NCBI GenBank assembly: GCA_045862955.1
Contig: BTVI01000005.1
Location: 39,765-103,764 of the forward strand
Length of the DNA: 64,000 nt
From: Fimbriimonadales bacterium
GTDB lineage: Bacteria; Armatimonadota; Fimbriimonadia; Fimbriimonadales; JABRVX01
Direction: 5' to 3'
Shown one piece after another: positions 60,762-64,000 of the stretch. A program made the translations under genes and the position numbers. The first letter of the stretch is position 1. Every line of letters begins with the position of its first letter. Below the pieces are notes generated by a model. The model was not told the DNA's origin, ran no database searches, and saw only the letters and a list, made by a program, of their open reading frames with translations.

Positions 60762-60998
60762 TGCAGTTCACCTTCCAAAAATGCCGTAACGCCAGACTTC
60801 TTCCACGAAACTCGGTCTGCGCTTACCCGCACATCCCCGAGACCCGTACGGCTAACTCAATTCATTGCCAGGTCGGGCAGCGTGTGCCCAAACTTCGCCG
60901 AACGTGGCGTACAATGTTCGCACGCCCGGTGCACGAGGTACTTCCCCGAGAAACTCTGTGCACCGAGGCAGACTCGTGCCCGAGCGGAGGAGGACCTC

Positions 60999-61775
60999 AT
61001 GGCTCGAAGGGGTTTTACCCTAATCGAACTACTGGTAGTCATCGCGATCATAGCGATCCTAGCAGCAATACTGTTTCCGGTGTTCACTCGGGCACGAGAA
61101 GCCGCGAAGTCTACTTCGTGCCTCAGCAACATGAAGCAGCTGGGCATCGGATTTCGCATCTACCTGGACGACTTCAACAACCGCTATCCTAAGGCGGCAG
61201 AGGGTTATCGGACTGCGGGGATCCCCTACACTGCGAACTGGGTGACGGCGGGGTCAGGGGGTGGATCGGCCGATCGCTGCCCTCCTGACATGCGCGTGCT
61301 TTCCTACTGCTTGGACGTGGCAGACCCAAAGACGGGGAGTCTTTACCGATATGTCAAGGACGTACGCGTGTACACCTGCCCGAGCAATCTGAAGTCGCAA
61401 CCTAACTGCGGGTTCAACCACTGCCCGGGCGGCGTAAAGAACAGCTACGGAACGATCCAGTGGGCAGGCAACCAAGCCAAGACCACCTACTCCATGAACT
61501 CGATGTTCGACAATGGTGGCACTCAGACACCGGGTATTCGCTATCAGCAGGTGCGATACCCCTCCTCGACGTTTATGCTGTACGACGAATGGGGAATGAC
61601 TATCAACGATGCTTACTTCGTTGCTACTACTTTCGACTCGTTCGGGGAGCAGCACAACACGGGTGCGAACATGCTTCACGCCGATGGTAGCGCGAAGCGC
61701 TATAACTTCGATGATGTGAACAGCAACGGAGGACGCTTCTACTACCGCTACAATCCCTTCCGTGAGGAGGAGTAG
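60999..61775 (+). CDS. Prepilin-type N-terminal methylation/DUF1559 H-X9-DG protein
   Basis: [39 protein letters not shown] and [23 protein letters not shown]. Confidence 0.93.
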   Translation: MARRGFTLIELLVVIAIIAILAAILFPVFTRAREAAKSTSCLSNMKQLGIGFRIYLDDFNNRYPKAAEGYRTAGIPYTANWVTAGSGGGSADRCPPDMRVLSYCLDVADPKTGSLYRYVKDVRVYTCPSNLKSQPNCGFNHCPGGVKNSYGTIQWAGNQAKTTYSMNSMFDNGGTQTPGIRYQQVRYPSSTFMLYDEWGMTINDAYFVATTFDSFGEQHNTGANMLHADGSAKRYNFDDVNSNGGRFYYRYNPFREEE

Positions 61776-61789
61776 CATTAGGTGTGTTC

Positions 61790-61830
61790 CTCCCTCTCCC
61801 TTCTAAAGGGAGAGGGTTAGGGTGAGGGTT
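61790..61830. repeat. CCCTCTCCC/GGGAGAGGG..GGGTGAGGG palindrome, reverse orientation
   Basis: Same family as 8357 and 17969, lying between convergent genes. Confidence 0.8.
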
Positions 61831-61866
61831 CCTGCCGAGCATCCATACGCCTTCTGCGGTGGAAGC

Positions 61867-62931
61867 TCAGGGAGTGAGTCGCACGTGACTGGCATCGCCT
61901 AACACTAGGCGTGCATCGGTGGGGCCTCCTGTTACAACTACGTCACTCCCAATCAGGCTGTCACGGATCACGAGGCCCGGGCCTTCGATACGGCACCCCG
62001 ACATCAAGATGGAGTTCTCGATGCGGCAGTCGCGCAGCACACACCCCTCGCCGATGGACACGTTCGGGCCGACCTGCACCGACCGTAGCACACACCGTTC
62101 ACCGATGGTTAGCGGCCCGTGAAGGACGGTAGCCTCCATCTTGCTATCAGTGCCAATCTGCACACTGCCCTCCACGTGGCAATCTAGCGCAATCGGGTTG
62201 GTAGCCGAACGGTCGGGTGGCAAGTCTTCCAGCACGAGCCTGTTAGCATCTAGGATCGCCTCCACTGTGCCCGTGTCTTTCCACCAACCCGTCACGATGT
62301 GAGAACGCACGTGGCCGCCGCTCGCGATGAGGCCCTGGATGGCATCGGTGATCTCCAGCTCTCCACGCCTCGACGGTGTTAGTTTCTCGATGATTGGATG
62401 GATGGAAGCATCGAACAGATACACCCCGACGAGCGCGTAATCGGATCGCGGCTGCGCGGGCTTCTCCTCCAGCCGCACGATGCGATCCCCATCGAGTTCT
62501 GCGACTCCGAAGTCCTGCGGGTTTGGCACGCGGCAGAGCAGGATCGTGGCGTTGGGCCGCTCCTGCTCGAACTCCTGGACCAGCGCCCGCACGCCCGACT
62601 TGATGAGATTGTCTCCGAGGTACATAAGGAAGGGGTGATCGGCCAGATACGCTCGGGCCGTCTTGACGGCGTGCGCGAGGCCGAGGGGTTCGTCCTGCCG
62701 GATGTAAGTGACACGCAGGGCCCAGCGGCTGCCGTCGCCCACCGCAGATCGTATCTCGGCTTCGGTGTCGCCGACGACGATGCCGATGTCATGGATGCCG
62801 GCGTCGCGCATGGCCTCCAGGCCGTAGAACAGCACCGGCTTGTTGGCGACGGGGACGAGCTGCTTCGCCATGCTGAAGGTGATTGGTCGCAGCCGCGTGC
62901 CCTTGCCCCCGCTGAGAATGAGCCCTTTCAC
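61867..62931 (-). CDS. Glucose-1-phosphate thymidylyltransferase, long form
   Basis: GGKGTRLRPIT..KQLVPVANKP, PLGLAHAV, RGELEITDAIQ, WWKDTG and C-terminal hexapeptide repeats. Confidence 0.92.
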   Translation of the reverse strand: MKGLILSGGKGTRLRPITFSMAKQLVPVANKPVLFYGLEAMRDAGIHDIGIVVGDTEAEIRSAVGDGSRWALRVTYIRQDEPLGLAHAVKTARAYLADHPFLMYLGDNLIKSGVRALVQEFEQERPNATILLCRVPNPQDFGVAELDGDRIVRLEEKPAQPRSDYALVGVYLFDASIHPIIEKLTPSRRGELEITDAIQGLIASGGHVRSHIVTGWWKDTGTVEAILDANRLVLEDLPPDRSATNPIALDCHVEGSVQIGTDSKMEATVLHGPLTIGERCVLRSVQVGPNVSIGEGCVLRDCRIENSILMSGCRIEGPGLVIRDSLIGSDVVVTGGPTDARLVLGDASHVRLTP

Positions 62932-62989
62932 GATACCGAGAGTTCTGCGCCAGAACAGTCGGCCCTCCCGCTAGAGGTACCCTCGTGGC

Positions 62990-63739
62990 ATGGGAGAGTT
63001 GGGTCACGTGTTGGCGTTGGTGACGGGAGCGGGGAGCGGGATAGGACGAGCGGCGGCGCTGAGGCTGGCGGCTGCGGGTGCCAGGGTCCTCGTTCACTAC
63101 AACTCGTCGCGCGACGGTGCAGAACGCACGCTCGCGGGGTTGGGTGAGAAGGGTGTGGGGTTGCTGCAAGCAGACCTCTGCGGCTGGGAGGCAGGCAGTT
63201 CGGCGATGCAGCGGGCCCTAGCTGAGCACCCGGCCCTGAACCTGCTGGTCGCGAACGCCGGCATTTACGAGCCGATGCCTTTCCTCGAGGCCGAGCTCAC
63301 GGTAGCCGAGAACTGGTCGCGCACTCTGGACATCAACCTGATGAGCGCAGTGGGTATGGCGCACGCATTCGCCCGGCACCGGCGCGGGCAGGGTGGCAAG
63401 GTCATCATGGTTTCCAGCCGGGCGGGGCACAGGGGTGAAGCGGGCGCAGCGGCATATGCGGCAAGCAAGGCGGCGATGATCAACTTGGTGAAGTCGCTGG
63501 CCGTGGAGCTGGCTGCGGAGCGCATCTACGTGACCGCCGTCGCGCCAGGTTGGACCGACACGCCGATGTCTCAGGCCGAGCCCGCAGAGAAGCAGGAGGC
63601 CGCCGTGCAGAGCATCCCGTTCGGGCGGATGGCCACCGCTGACGAGATCGGAGCCATCGTCGCCTTTCTCGCGAGCCGGGAGGCCGACTATCTGACCGGC
63701 GTGACGATTGACGCGAACGGGGCGAGCTATCTGAGGTAG
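62990..63739 (+). CDS. SDR family oxidoreductase
   Basis: TGAGSGIG, NAG and YAASK. Confidence 0.93.
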   Translation: MGELGHVLALVTGAGSGIGRAAALRLAAAGARVLVHYNSSRDGAERTLAGLGEKGVGLLQADLCGWEAGSSAMQRALAEHPALNLLVANAGIYEPMPFLEAELTVAENWSRTLDINLMSAVGMAHAFARHRRGQGGKVIMVSSRAGHRGEAGAAAYAASKAAMINLVKSLAVELAAERIYVTAVAPGWTDTPMSQAEPAEKQEAAVQSIPFGRMATADEIGAIVAFLASREADYLTGVTIDANGASYLR

Positions 63740-64000
63740 CGCATCGCGAGGTCCTCGGATCGGCTGTGCAGGTTCAGTCCGTGTGGCCCGGGCTCTCTTT
63801 GGAACGGAGGCCGCGAGAGGTCGCCATAGGAGCAGAGGCCGAACCGAGCCGCTCAAGATGTTGCCGAACACCGGCAGCCTAAGTCCCCGGTCCACACACC
63901 TCGGGAAGAGAGAGGCAGACCTAGCTAGGCCGGTTAGCCCGTCGCGGTGGAGCGAGATTCGGTCTCGACGAGGGCAGCGAAGGCGCGAGGGAGGTGGTGC

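Noticed and set aside
59997..60998. N-terminal extension of the 592-aa ORF
   Set aside because: It is antisense to the 59127-60761 gene. The prepilin motif and RBS place the start at 60999.

Overview
GC-rich bacterial chromosomal window. It probably comes from Armatimonadota (Fimbriimonadia-like); this is inferred from several DUF1559/H-X9-DG prepilin-type proteins, dockerin-like C-terminal tails and an SBP-permease fusion. Core genes are selA, prfA, infB, ylxR, metH, clpP-clpX-lon, ligA, a thiolase, an rfbA-like gene and a tRNA Val-Asp-Phe cluster. Type IV pilus/T2SS genes lie in two blocks: exeA-HTH-pilMNO(P)-secretin and pilB-HDOD-pilT. Three tandem secreted proteases have shuffled domains. 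The most unusual region is 4.77-8.3 kb, a tandemly duplicated cassette made of a sigma70 promoter, a VKOR-like CxxC membrane domain fused to a divergent 8-10-Cys peptide, and a cognate DUF1559 pseudopilin-like gene. It looks like a polymorphic disulfide-rich peptide system. Two intergenic arrays of a CGTC-tagged REP-like palindrome are present (2.8-3.45 kb and 16.25-17.94 kb), and in the second a REP half has been amplified into a degenerate ~17-bp minisatellite. No CRISPR array, transposase or phage gene was recognised. All family assignments come from motif recognition by eye, not database searches.
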